DNA of 32,000 nt from Planctopirus limnophila DSM 3776 (GCF_000092105.1 NC_014148.1:1650001-1682000); one strand, 5' to 3'. Shown: positions 18,127 through 27,540, counted from the first letter of the stretch. The notes: generated by a model not told the origin, from the sequence alone. Numbers and translations are program-made.

Positions 18127-21100
18127 GTGACGACATTGATGGCCCCGATCGCATTTCAACCTCGTGAAACGGAAACTGTTGGCGCATTTGTGCTCGTGCC
18201 AACATTAGGTGGGGCACCATGGATTCTTCGTCGAGGGCGACATGTGCTGGGCAGCGGGTCAGAAGCCACCTTGCAGCTATCGAGTGAAGGGATCAGTGCT
18301 CAGCATTGCCTGCTGATTGTGGGGCCCTCATCGGCTATTGTGAAAGCCTGGGATTCCCGAACCTGGATCAATGATGGGCCCGTCCGGGAAGCAACACTCA
18401 AGCCGAATGATCGGCTCACCATCGGGCCATGGACATTCCGCTTTCGATTGGCCACGGCTGATGAACTCCTCCAGTTTGTACCCGAAAATTCTGGGTCCAA
18501 CGTAACAGCAGCCAATCCATCGGTCGTTAGCGACGTAACAGCAGCTTTACCTGTCATCGCAGTGCCAGAAGTCTCTTTGCCAATCACAGAATCAAAACTC
18601 ACTGCGGGAATTGCCAGCTCTTCCCCTTCCAGTCTGTCGATTTCCGACAATCGGCTGGAGAAAGATCTCGCGAGCGATGTCACTCAGTCCGCAGAAATTT
18701 CAGCTCCAGTCGAACAAAAACCAGAGTCAGCACTCGCTGATCGGGAAGTGATCAAGCAGGAATTGCAGCGCACGCTGGCCTCCGTTATGGAACAGAGGTT
18801 GCACCTTGAACAAGCGGCCCTCGATCAAACCCGTACGCTGGCTGTAGAAAATAGCCGTCTCGTTGAGCAACGTACCGAACTGGAGCGATTGCGCACTCAA
18901 CTTGTCCGAAGGGAGACCGAGTTTTCGTTGCGAATGCAGGCCATTGAGACGACAGAGTCTGCCCAGCAGACCTTGCGTAAAGAACTTGAAAGAACTCAGA
19001 TCAAGCTGCTGCAGCGGCAAGTCGAACTGGCTGAAGCGGAACAAGGTTTTCAAAAGCAAGTCGAAGAAAAATCAGCCTCGCTGCAGCAACTCGAGCGGAA
19101 CCTTCTGCAAAGCCAGGCCGAACATGCTCAGGCAGTCGAGAGTCTGGCAATCCAGAAACAGGCATTGACTGATTTTGAGCTGCAACTGGCACAGCGCGAG
19201 GCCGAACTTCGCGATGACGAAGCGATCTGGCAGGTGAAGTTTGCGGCACAGAAAAGCGAAGCGGAATCGATCGAAAAGCAGCTTGCCGACATGGAGTCAC
19301 GCAGTGAAGCGTTAGCACTCCTGGAGCAGTCGTTGAGCCGCCGGGAGGCGGAAGTCGCATCCAAAGACTCTGAACTGTCACAGTTGAAAGCCGCTTTTGT
19401 CCAGCAGGAAGAAGAGCTTCAGCGTGCCCGGCATGAAGTGGATTTACAGCGGTCAACACTCTCGCACGATCTGGCACAATTGGCCATTCAACAAAGTGAA
19501 CAGGCAGCTCGAGAAGCAGCGATCGACGAGTGTCATCAGGCTTTAGATCTTCGTGAGCGGGCGTTAGTCAACGAGAAAAACCGCATTGAACAAATTGCTG
19601 AAGCCGCCAGAATTTCGCTTCAGGAAGAGCAGGCCCGACAGGAAGAGACCTGGAGTCGCTGGGATGAATCGATGAGAAAGGCGACAGCCGATCTCCGCTC
19701 GCAAATGGAAGCCCTCGAACAGGAGCGGGCTTCACTCGAATCCATGGCCTCTGGCCCTCAGATGACGCCAGAAACCTTGAGTTCTCCGTTCTCAGAACCT
19801 GAATCCGTAGAGGAACTGGCTGTTGATGCGGTCGATGAAAATTTCGATACCCAGGCTGAAAATCACCCTGCGATCGTCGCATCGACTTTGGAGCCCATAA
19901 CAGATATTCCTGCGTCCGAGCAGGCTGCCGCTGCCTTGGAGACCATCGCAGCAGCAGTTGAAGCTCTCTCAATCTCGGATGAACCTGCCGAGCGTGCAGA
20001 TACGGAAGAGGCACAATCTCATTCAAAGATTGAGAACCCTGCCATTGATCATACTGAGATTAGTGGCCATACAGCCGAGCCTGCCTTGGCGGAAGACACT
20101 CTTGTTGATCACTCTGAAATTGTTCCAGAGAACTTGATTATCGAACCGAACGCCCTGATCGAGAGTGATACCGAGACGATCATGCCTGGTACTGTCGATT
20201 GGCTGCCGGTGACACCCGGTGAGTCGTATGTTCCTGAAATCGATCATTCAGAAACCATCTCCACGCCGGTCGACCCGGCCGCAGCTTTGGAAGTTGCCGC
20301 TTCACAGGAATTCTCGCCTGTTGGTGATTTGAGTCCTTTGGAGCCTTATCACCCGACAGATGAGTTTACTCCGGTTGGTCACTCCTCGGGTTTGCATGAA
20401 TCTTTGGATGGCAATTTCGAAGCAGAAGATCAGGCGGACAGTTTGCCTGCGTTTGATATCTCCAGTATCAACCCCTGGGCCAATGAAGTCTTGGCTGATG
20501 CGTCGCATCTTGAAGAACCCGCTGAGTCGACCTTTGGAGAACCTCTAGCCAGTCGCCGCTTGTGGAATGAGCCCGATGACGAAATCCCGGCAGCGAAACC
20601 TGCGAGCCTCACCTCGTTGAGCCATCTGGAGAGATCCAGTCTTCAGCAGACCGGTCATACGACAAATGACCATTTGACGAACGATTCTGCCGCGTCAGAT
20701 CCGGCACTCAGTCTTCGGGCAGAACTGGCTCAACTCTTTGGAATCCAGGATCTGGGTGCCAGTCGATCGTCAGTGGAAGAGTCTGAATCGCAGGAAGCAG
20801 AGCTTGCGAGCCACGACGACTCAGCCGCTGGATATCCAGCACCTGTCCATACCCATGATCAACCAGACTCGACGGCTGCCCATGCAGAAGTCTCAGCCGC
20901 GTCTTATTCCGAACCAGTTTTGGATGCAGAGATACAGGAACCAGAAACACGCAATTTCTCAGCAGATTCATCGGCTACGCCCAATGAGTCGATGGACACT
21001 GCGGATACCTATTCGGCCAGTTCCGTAAGTCGCGAGTCAACTCAGAACGACGCCACGCAGACCGCAGATGAAGAAGAAGATTCGGTCGCTTCGTACATGG

Positions 21101-21621
21101 CCAGATTGCTGGGACGTTATGGACAGAAGGCCGATGCACTTGCCAAAACAAGCCGATCAGTGGAATCTTCAGCCTTATCACAGGCAAGTCACAAACCTGT
21201 GCAGGAAGTCGCGACAATAGCTCCGGAAGTCCCCGTTACCTGGAGTGAAGAACCCCGGCACAAAGTCGATAAAGACGAATTCCGTGCTCATCTGGAATCG
21301 ATGCGGCAAGTCGCCAATGTCTCTGCACGGACGGCCGTCAAGAGCAGTCATTGGAAACGTTCACGCATGCAGGTGCTGGTGAAAGGGATGCTCGCTGCAG
21401 GGGCACTGGCCACAGGAAGTGTGCTGCTCCTGGGTAAATTTGCCAATGGCCAGCCACAACTGATGCAGGGTCTGGTGGTGACTGTCGTCGGGATCTACCT
21501 GTTGCTGGAAACCATCAAGGGAGTTCGTCGAGTCCAGACTTCGGCTCAATTACAACTCGCTCTGGCTCATTCCGCAGAACTTGAAGGCCGTAGCGCTGTG
21601 CAAGAAGCCCGCCAGGAGTAG
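18127..21621 (+). CDS. FHA domain protein with long coiled coil, acidic disordered region and C-terminal TM hairpin
   Basis: The FHA signature is HVLGSGSEATLQLSSEGISAQHCLLIV....VKAWDSRTWINDGPV..ATLKPNDRLTIGPWTFRF. About 340 aa of heptad-like E/Q/L/R-rich sequence follow, then roughly 450 aa rich in D/E/S/P/T. The end of the protein has two hydrophobic segments. GAGGAG at 18114-18119 lies 7 nt upstream of GTG 18127. Alternative starts are TTG 18112 (track) and ATG 18139. Confidence 0.85.
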   Translation: MTTLMAPIAFQPRETETVGAFVLVPTLGGAPWILRRGRHVLGSGSEATLQLSSEGISAQHCLLIVGPSSAIVKAWDSRTWINDGPVREATLKPNDRLTIGPWTFRFRLATADELLQFVPENSGSNVTAANPSVVSDVTAALPVIAVPEVSLPITESKLTAGIASSSPSSLSISDNRLEKDLASDVTQSAEISAPVEQKPESALADREVIKQELQRTLASVMEQRLHLEQAALDQTRTLAVENSRLVEQRTELERLRTQLVRRETEFSLRMQAIETTESAQQTLRKELERTQIKLLQRQVELAEAEQGFQKQVEEKSASLQQLERNLLQSQAEHAQAVESLAIQKQALTDFELQLAQREAELRDDEAIWQVKFAAQKSEAESIEKQLADMESRSEALALLEQSLSRREAEVASKDSELSQLKAAFVQQEEELQRARHEVDLQRSTLSHDLAQLAIQQSEQAAREAAIDECHQALDLRERALVNEKNRIEQIAEAARISLQEEQARQEETWSRWDESMRKATADLRSQMEALEQERASLESMASGPQMTPETLSSPFSEPESVEELAVDAVDENFDTQAENHPAIVASTLEPITDIPASEQAAAALETIAAAVEALSISDEPAERADTEEAQSHSKIENPAIDHTEISGHTAEPALAEDTLVDHSEIVPENLIIEPNALIESDTETIMPGTVDWLPVTPGESYVPEIDHSETISTPVDPAAALEVAASQEFSPVGDLSPLEPYHPTDEFTPVGHSSGLHESLDGNFEAEDQADSLPAFDISSINPWANEVLADASHLEEPAESTFGEPLASRRLWNEPDDEIPAAKPASLTSLSHLERSSLQQTGHTTNDHLTNDSAASDPALSLRAELAQLFGIQDLGASRSSVEESESQEAELASHDDSAAGYPAPVHTHDQPDSTAAHAEVSAASYSEPVLDAEIQEPETRNFSADSSATPNESMDTADTYSASSVSRESTQNDATQTADEEEDSVASYMARLLGRYGQKADALAKTSRSVESSALSQASHKPVQEVATIAPEVPVTWSEEPRHKVDKDEFRAHLESMRQVANVSARTAVKSSHWKRSRMQVLVKGMLAAGALATGSVLLLGKFANGQPQLMQGLVVTVVGIYLLLETIKGVRRVQTSAQLQLALAHSAELEGRSAVQEARQE

Positions 21622-21631
21622 CCATCGAAAA

Positions 21632-21671
21632 GGGTGAGCCGCTGGTGGGAATCCATTCCAGCGACTCTCCC
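21632..21671. terminator. Hairpin between convergent genes (candidate bidirectional terminator)
   Basis: GGGTGAGCCGCTGG - 12-nt loop - CCAGCGACTCTCCC pairs at 12 of 14 positions. It sits between the FHA stop (21621) and the serine acetyltransferase stop (21683). Confidence 0.35.
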
Positions 21672-21682
21672 ACTGATCGAAT

Positions 21683-22768
21683 TCAACTCGCTTCGCGATA
21701 TCGTAGCGATGGTTTTTCAATGGTCACAATCGTGTTCGGTGGCACACTGTGCGAGAGCGAGACGCTTGATCCAATCACGGCATGCGAGCCAATGACAGTC
21801 TCTCCGCCGAGGACAGTCGCATTGGCATAAATAACCACATGATCCTCAATCGTGGGGTGCCTCTTGTGCCGGCGGAGCAGATTTCCTTGTTCATCTTTCG
21901 GAAAGCTGAGTGCGCCCAGAGTTACACCCTGATACAGCTTGACATGATTGGCGATCTCGCAGGTTTCTCCAATCACCACCCCCGTCCCGTGATCGATGAA
22001 GAAAGAATGTCCGATGGTGGCACCGGGATGGATGTCAATTCCGGTCTGGCTGTGTGCCCATTCCGTCAGCATGCGGGGAATCAATGGAACATCGAGCAGA
22101 TATAGCTCATGAGCCAGGCGATAAATCGTGACAGCATGCAGTCCCGGGTAGCAGAAGATGATCTCATCGAGGCTTCCGGCTGCAGGATCACCATCGAATG
22201 CCGCCTGCACATCCAGCGCGAGTGTTCTTCTCAAACGCGGCAATAATTCCAGTAACGTGATGGTTTTGGCCTGGGCCAACGCTTCAAAATCGTGTGAGAC
22301 TTCATCGGCGCAGGAAATCCCATGCTGGCGGCGATAATCATGCCTTAGTGCACGGGCAATCTGCTGGGTCAGGCGATCATGTAGACTGTCGACCAGATCG
22401 CCCACATGATAGGTCACATTGCCCATGTGCAGATTCTGCCGACGGCGATATCCCGGAAAGAGAATCTCCTGCAGATCCTGCGCGATCTCGTAAACCGCTT
22501 CACTGCTGGGCAATGGGCAATGTCCCAGATGGTGGGTCGTCGCAAAATCGCGATACGATTCGACAATCCGATCAGTGATTTCCGGCAACTGGTCTTTGAG
22601 TCGAAGATCCGTAGCCATAACAAAGTCCCTAATTCTTCCCGGAAATGCATCCACAGCAACTTCAGTCTCTGCTGCTGTCAGGGACACCTGGGTTTCGTTC
22701 GATCCGGAGTGGTCGAATGATTCTCCCATATAATCTGCATCTACCACCATGCTAGGTCGGCTATACAT
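21683..22768 (-). CDS. cysE: Serine O-acetyltransferase (long form with N-terminal extension)
   Basis: Left-handed beta-helix hexapeptide repeats are present: [43 protein letters not shown] ... [34 protein letters not shown] helical SAT N-domain precedes them. Confidence 0.85.
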   Translation of the reverse strand: MYSRPSMVVDADYMGESFDHSGSNETQVSLTAAETEVAVDAFPGRIRDFVMATDLRLKDQLPEITDRIVESYRDFATTHHLGHCPLPSSEAVYEIAQDLQEILFPGYRRRQNLHMGNVTYHVGDLVDSLHDRLTQQIARALRHDYRRQHGISCADEVSHDFEALAQAKTITLLELLPRLRRTLALDVQAAFDGDPAAGSLDEIIFCYPGLHAVTIYRLAHELYLLDVPLIPRMLTEWAHSQTGIDIHPGATIGHSFFIDHGTGVVIGETCEIANHVKLYQGVTLGALSFPKDEQGNLLRRHKRHPTIEDHVVIYANATVLGGETVIGSHAVIGSSVSLSHSVPPNTIVTIEKPSLRYREAS

Positions 22769-23083
22769 TCTTCCGGACGTGAAAAATTCCTGCCAGTGTC
22801 AGATTGCTTATTGCTGGAGAAGTTCGCGTAAAACTTACCTTCCGCACTTTCTGCCAAAAAATCGTCTGGTCAATTCTGCCACTGGCACCCCTTGTATGTT
22901 GTAAGTCACATTGAGCAAGGAACTTATCATCAATTCCAGAGTTCGATCTGTTTCTTGGAGCAGCAGGCCCGTCCGTCGATGAAACCTGACGAGATCAGCG
23001 ACGCACCCATGCCCTTCTATTGTGGAAGAAGCGGTTTTGGAGATTGCTGACACCGAGAGTTTTCCCGAGGGAAATGATGTGCC

Positions 23084-24322
23084 ATGCCCATACGATCTGA
23101 CCAGCCCTGGAACGAAATTCCACAGCCCAAAGGGAATGATCACTGGCATGCTCGTTCGTTCACTCAAAACATTCTCCCAAAAAATGTGCATTCTTCTGGC
23201 GATCGCGAGGAAGCCTTTGATCTTGAGCGGCAGGAGTTCTTTTCTGCCATGGATCAATTTGCTGTTCGCCCGGTTTCGATGCTTCCGGCCTTTCGGCTCA
23301 TTCGCCATCTGACATTTCAGGAGCCATTATCACTGCAACTGGAGGCTGGTAGAGCACTTCTAGCCCAGTGGACAAAGCGCGAAGGCTGGTGCCGAGAACT
23401 CCTCAATGCAGCCCGGCACTCCATTCACAAGTATGTGCAGGTCGCCAGCGAAATTGTCCTGGAATGGATTTCCAGCCCTGCCATTCCCAAAGGTCGATTA
23501 CCGCTATTGATGCTCAATCGCCTTCATGCGGATGTCGGGCTTCAAAATTGTTTTCAACAGGATCAGGACGCAGTTCACATCATTCTCGCTGCGCTGCAGT
23601 GTGGGCAGTTGTTATGCGAACTCTCGAAACGGGAGATCCAACTCACCAGGCGAGATCAGTATCAACTGGCACTGGCTCTGTTGGTCTGTGATTGGTCTTT
23701 ACTGGCAGTTCACTTCCAACATCAAAAAATTCAGCCCTCACAATGGCCAGCCTACCAGCATCAGCATGGGCAAATCAGTGCCGCCATGATGATGTCGGTG
23801 GAGTCCGTCACTCCCAGACTTCGATCGTGGGTAAGTCAGCATGGCGTTGATGATGCAGTTCCTGCAGACCATGAATTGACTTTGGATCGTCATCGAAACC
23901 GAGTGACTCGCGAGACTCACCGAACCTATGCAGGATTGACGATTGCACCAGGGATGGAGCACCTGATGGCTGTGCTGAAAGTTTGTCAGCTCGTCAATTC
24001 CATTAGTGATCAGGGGAAAGAAAATCATCCCTGGCGAGCGGGAATCCGACATGTCTGGAAAGATGCTTTGCGGGGAAAACTCTCCAAAGATTTGATTCGT
24101 ACATTCGCACAATCCCTGGCGCCTGAGGAACTCGGGGAGTTGCGAACGGTCTCCTTCGAAGGACGACGCTACCGGGTCGATCAGGGACAGACTGCGGCAG
24201 CGCTACTGAATGGGCCTCATTGGTTAAATCGAAAACAGCTCAGACGACGTCATGCGGGTTTGCACGCGATGCGGAAGTGGAAGCAGAACATCACGGCCTC
24301 TGTGGAGGCTGATGCTTCATGA
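23084..24322 (+). CDS. Hypothetical protein, possibly a degenerate HDOD/HD-like helical domain
   Basis: The 412-aa ORF has segments ..LPAFRLIRHLTFQEPLSL.., ..HSIHKYVQVASEIV....LMLNRLHADVGL.. and ..HGQISAAMMMSVESVTPRL.. that loosely follow the HDOD pattern, but the HD dyad is not conserved. It is coupled to the next gene by ATGA at 24319-24322. Confidence 0.55.
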   Translation: MPIRSDQPWNEIPQPKGNDHWHARSFTQNILPKNVHSSGDREEAFDLERQEFFSAMDQFAVRPVSMLPAFRLIRHLTFQEPLSLQLEAGRALLAQWTKREGWCRELLNAARHSIHKYVQVASEIVLEWISSPAIPKGRLPLLMLNRLHADVGLQNCFQQDQDAVHIILAALQCGQLLCELSKREIQLTRRDQYQLALALLVCDWSLLAVHFQHQKIQPSQWPAYQHQHGQISAAMMMSVESVTPRLRSWVSQHGVDDAVPADHELTLDRHRNRVTRETHRTYAGLTIAPGMEHLMAVLKVCQLVNSISDQGKENHPWRAGIRHVWKDALRGKLSKDLIRTFAQSLAPEELGELRTVSFEGRRYRVDQGQTAAALLNGPHWLNRKQLRRRHAGLHAMRKWKQNITASVEADAS

Positions 24323-25200
24323 ACTCCCGAGAAGAAGCTGTTTCACATCGAGAGTATTGGGATGAAGCTTCCCGACCACTCGCAGGTCTGGTGCTGCTGG
24401 CGCCGTTATTGTTGATCTATGAATGGCATGCCGCCTGCCAAGATTCATCCGCTGTGATCACTCTGCGTAACGGTGTCGACATCTGGCTCCGCACGCAAAT
24501 GGGATGGCTGGGTTTCGATCATGAGTGGTGTGTCCCGGCATTAGTCCTCCTTACGCTGGCAGGCAGGCACATTCTGTCCTGCCAGGATTGGAACATTCGA
24601 CCTTCAGTCATCGGTGGCATGATGGCCGAAGCGGCGTTGTTTGCCGCCCTGCTGGTGATTCTTGGTCAGTTAATTCCCTGGAGCTCGGCTAACATTCCCC
24701 AGTTTCCTCAAGAAATGGAGCTGCTTCATTCACGAGAAGCTCTGTTGCTCTCTGAGAACACTGTCGGAAACATCGCTGGCAAGCTGGCGACGCCTGTGGC
24801 GGATGCATGGCCCAATCCATCTCCCAGATTGCATTGGGTCACCTGTCTCGGTGCGGGAATTTATGAAGAGTTTCTCTTCCGGCTGGGCCTGATTCCAGTT
24901 CTCTATGGGCTTGTGCGAATGTTGGGGATTCCGCGGGTGATCACACTGGTGATTGCCATCGGGGCCAGCTCGTTACTTTTTGCTGCTGCCCACTATCTTC
25001 AGGTGGATCTTGAGACCGGGAGAATTTCGCTGCTGGCTACAGCCGACTACATCATCCAGCACCGTGATGTCTGGTCCGCATTCAGCTTTCGCTGCCTGGC
25101 AGGAAGTTTATTCGGAGCTCTGCTGGTCTTTCGCGGCATTGGGATCGCTGCAGGTTGCCACATTGGCTACGACCTGTTTGTCGGCTACTGGATGGGTTGA
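24319..25200 (+). CDS. CPBP family intramembrane glutamic endopeptidase (CAAX protease / Abi-like)
   Basis: The ORF encodes a polytopic membrane protein. The family motifs are present: EExxxR (GIYEEFLFRLG), FxxxH (LFAAAHY) and a C-terminal HxxxD (HIGYDLF). Confidence 0.85.
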   Translation: MNSREEAVSHREYWDEASRPLAGLVLLAPLLLIYEWHAACQDSSAVITLRNGVDIWLRTQMGWLGFDHEWCVPALVLLTLAGRHILSCQDWNIRPSVIGGMMAEAALFAALLVILGQLIPWSSANIPQFPQEMELLHSREALLLSENTVGNIAGKLATPVADAWPNPSPRLHWVTCLGAGIYEEFLFRLGLIPVLYGLVRMLGIPRVITLVIAIGASSLLFAAAHYLQVDLETGRISLLATADYIIQHRDVWSAFSFRCLAGSLFGALLVFRGIGIAAGCHIGYDLFVGYWMG

Positions 25201-25847
25201 GAGCCTGTACTGTTGATGACCGGCGTACCTTGATCCTGGCAGCAGGAACCGTTGATGCCCTGCAAGCCCATCAGTGCCGGGCGAGCGTACTGAGATTCGC
25301 CGTAATAGACGTACGGCGCATAATCTCCTGCGAATCCTGTATTCACAATGGCAACACCACTTACAGCAGGAGCGTAGTAAGCACTTGAGGCGGTGTAAGC
25401 GTAGCCGTTGATTCCCTGGTAGGAGTAATAACCTGGCGAATAAACGCCCAAGGGTCGTGCATACATGGCTGCATTCCAGCCATAGGTGTATCGATAGGGC
25501 CAGCCCCAGGCGTAGGGAGCACGGCCATTGAAGCCGTATCCGTAATAATTGTAATACGGGCCATAACCATAGGTGTTGCCCCAGCCATATCTGCTGTAGG
25601 CGAAGTTGAGATAAGGTGTGCGGTGGTAAGGATGGTTGTAACCCCAGCCATAGCCGCGGTAGCCGTATCGACCCCAACCCCAGTACCAGCCTGTCGCGGC
25701 CGAAGAGGTGTTGCTTGAGGATGCTGCCAATGAGCTTGCTGTGCTGGCAATCCCTCCGGCCTCGGCAGGCACAGAGCCCAGGAGAGTAAGGCCGATCAGA
25801 GCTCCCCAGAAGAAAGCACGCATTGGCAGGTGGTGGATGAATTTCAT
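25185..25847 (-). CDS. Secreted Gly/Tyr/Trp-rich low-complexity protein
   Basis: The signal peptide is (MKFIHHLP)MRAFFWGALIGLTLLGSVPAEA, followed by a Ser/Ala/Thr linker. Residues about 53-187 contain 34 Tyr, 24 Gly and 8 Trp by my hand count (GWYWGWGRYGYRGYGWGYN..YGYGPYYNYYGYGF..). The C-terminus carries a CC pair. I prefer this ORF to the overlapping 327-aa R/L-rich frame. An alternative start is ATG 25823. Confidence 0.6.
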   Translation of the reverse strand: MKFIHHLPMRAFFWGALIGLTLLGSVPAEAGGIASTASSLAASSSNTSSAATGWYWGWGRYGYRGYGWGYNHPYHRTPYLNFAYSRYGWGNTYGYGPYYNYYGYGFNGRAPYAWGWPYRYTYGWNAAMYARPLGVYSPGYYSYQGINGYAYTASSAYYAPAVSGVAIVNTGFAGDYAPYVYYGESQYARPALMGLQGINGSCCQDQGTPVINSTGSQPIQ

Positions 25848-26449
25848 AATGGCACTTTGCCGTCAGTGAATGTGTCAGCAGATGAGCACCGGTTGACGCT
25901 TGAAACCAGAAGCGTCTTGGTGAGTCTGGTGCTAATGCACAGTATTTCTTCCTCCAGACTAGGGCGTCATTTTGGGAATGGTCAAGAATTGAGTCGAGAA
26001 TCGAGGATTTTTTTTCAATTTGCGTAGAAAAAGAACATCTGCCCTGTTGTGGTCTCTGTCCCACCATGAGAATCGGCTTTTTCCAGTTCAAGCCGGCGGC
26101 ACAATTAATAGTGATCGTGAGGTTACTATTTTAATGCAAGGTTGGCAGCTGTCTGTAAGATTCGTTAACAGACCGGGGTAATGACAGATGTGTTGATTTT
26201 GTTTGCCTCACCACCGCGGAAGTATGACCAAGCAGTTGGAAAGCTGTGAAATGCGGGAGTCACCCCGGTGTGGGAAACATGATCATCATGAGTGGGGATC
26301 TTCCTCTGGGGCCAGCTACAATTGGGCGGTAAGCGTCATTTCTATGCACTGCCGATGGGGATCTGGTGACAGTTGGACAAGATAACTGGTTCTGAACACC
26401 CCCTGATTGAACCTGCCCAAGCAACTCTGCTTTCAAGATCGAGACGACA

Positions 26450-27235
26450 ATGGTGAAGCCAGCAATTTTCGAGAAACACCGCGTGTTGACCGCACTCCCG
26501 GTCTACAACGAAGCCAGGCACGTTCACGAGGTGCTCTCTGTCGTTCGAAAGTACAGCGATGACATTCTCGTGGTGAACGATGGCTCAACGGATGGAACTG
26601 CCGAGGTTCTTGCCGAGTTTGCCGGGATTAACGTCGTTCACCACTCGAAGAATCAGGGCTATGGAGCCGGTTTGCGAACGGCTTTCGATTATGCCTTGGC
26701 TCACCATTATGATGCCCTGGTAACCATTGATTGTGACGGGCAGCATGAACCTCGTTTGATTCCAGAACTGGTTGCTGCGCTTTATCCCGCGAGTGGAGAC
26801 GCCGTCGAAATTGTTTCCGGGAGTCGGTATCTGCAGAGATTCCCAGGTGATAGCCTTCCTCCCGTTGATCGCCGGCGGATCAACATGGAGATCACTGCGT
26901 ACCTGAATGAAATTCTCCATTGGAATCTGACAGACACATTCTGCGGCTTTAAAGCTTACCGAGTTCCTTCGCTGAAGAAGTTTCAAATCACGGATCTCGG
27001 GTATGCCATGCCCCTGCAGCTCTGGGTTCAGGCTGCCGCTGCTGGAATGAAGATTGTGGAGTTTCCAGTACCTTTAGTGTACCTCGAAGAAGAGCGTTCG
27101 TTTGGTGGATCTTTGGATGACTCCGTCCGCAGGAAAGCTCATTATGAGGCAGTGATTCGTCAGGCGCTGATCGAGACGGGACTGTTTGAAACGGGTGTCA
27201 GTGATCATCAGCAGATCGTTTTGAATCAGATCTGA
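26450..27235 (+). CDS. Family 2 glycosyltransferase (polyprenol-phosphate sugar synthase-like, soluble form)
   Basis: The motifs LPVYNEARHVHEVL..ILVVNDGSTDGT, the DxD-type motif TIDCDGQHEP, and the later ..GFKAYR.. are typical of GT2 DPM/GtrB-like enzymes. I see no C-terminal TM. Confidence 0.9.
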   Translation: MVKPAIFEKHRVLTALPVYNEARHVHEVLSVVRKYSDDILVVNDGSTDGTAEVLAEFAGINVVHHSKNQGYGAGLRTAFDYALAHHYDALVTIDCDGQHEPRLIPELVAALYPASGDAVEIVSGSRYLQRFPGDSLPPVDRRRINMEITAYLNEILHWNLTDTFCGFKAYRVPSLKKFQITDLGYAMPLQLWVQAAAAGMKIVEFPVPLVYLEEERSFGGSLDDSVRRKAHYEAVIRQALIETGLFETGVSDHQQIVLNQI

Positions 27236-27540
27236 GCATCGAGGCTGCATTTGAATGGCAGCGCATGGATTCCAAAACGACCCATTGCAACGCTGCTGAA
27301 CCCGATCTGATGGATGCTCGCGAGGCGGCTGCGGATACTTTTGGGGGCTTTCTGCGGGTTTGATTGTTGCCAGTGGGAGCTGACAGCTAAGATGCATTAT
27401 GGGTTTTTGTGGCGAAGAGTGATTCATGCGCGACTCGCGGGAAGTGTCAGAGGGTAAGGCCAATGCCAGTTTCCAGTCGTCCTTTGGCCGATCCAACTGC
27501 AGATCGGACAAGTAGAGTTTCAGCAGCGGAGAAAACTCGC

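Noticed and set aside
22835-23308. A 157-aa minus-strand ORF lies in the cysE/hypothetical spacer and overlaps the start of the 412-aa gene.
   Set aside because: It has no motifs and a basic low-complexity N-terminus. It conflicts with the longer plus-strand ORF that is translationally coupled to the CPBP gene.
25108-26091. A 327-aa minus-strand ORF overlaps the Gly/Tyr-rich ORF in another frame. A 129-aa third-frame ORF lies at 25361-25750.
   Set aside because: The translation is R/L/C-rich with no signal peptide. It would overlap the CPBP gene by 93 nt and extend into the AT-rich spacer. The GGN/TAY/TGG codon bias of the preferred frame keeps the other frames stop-free. The choice of frame still needs experimental confirmation.
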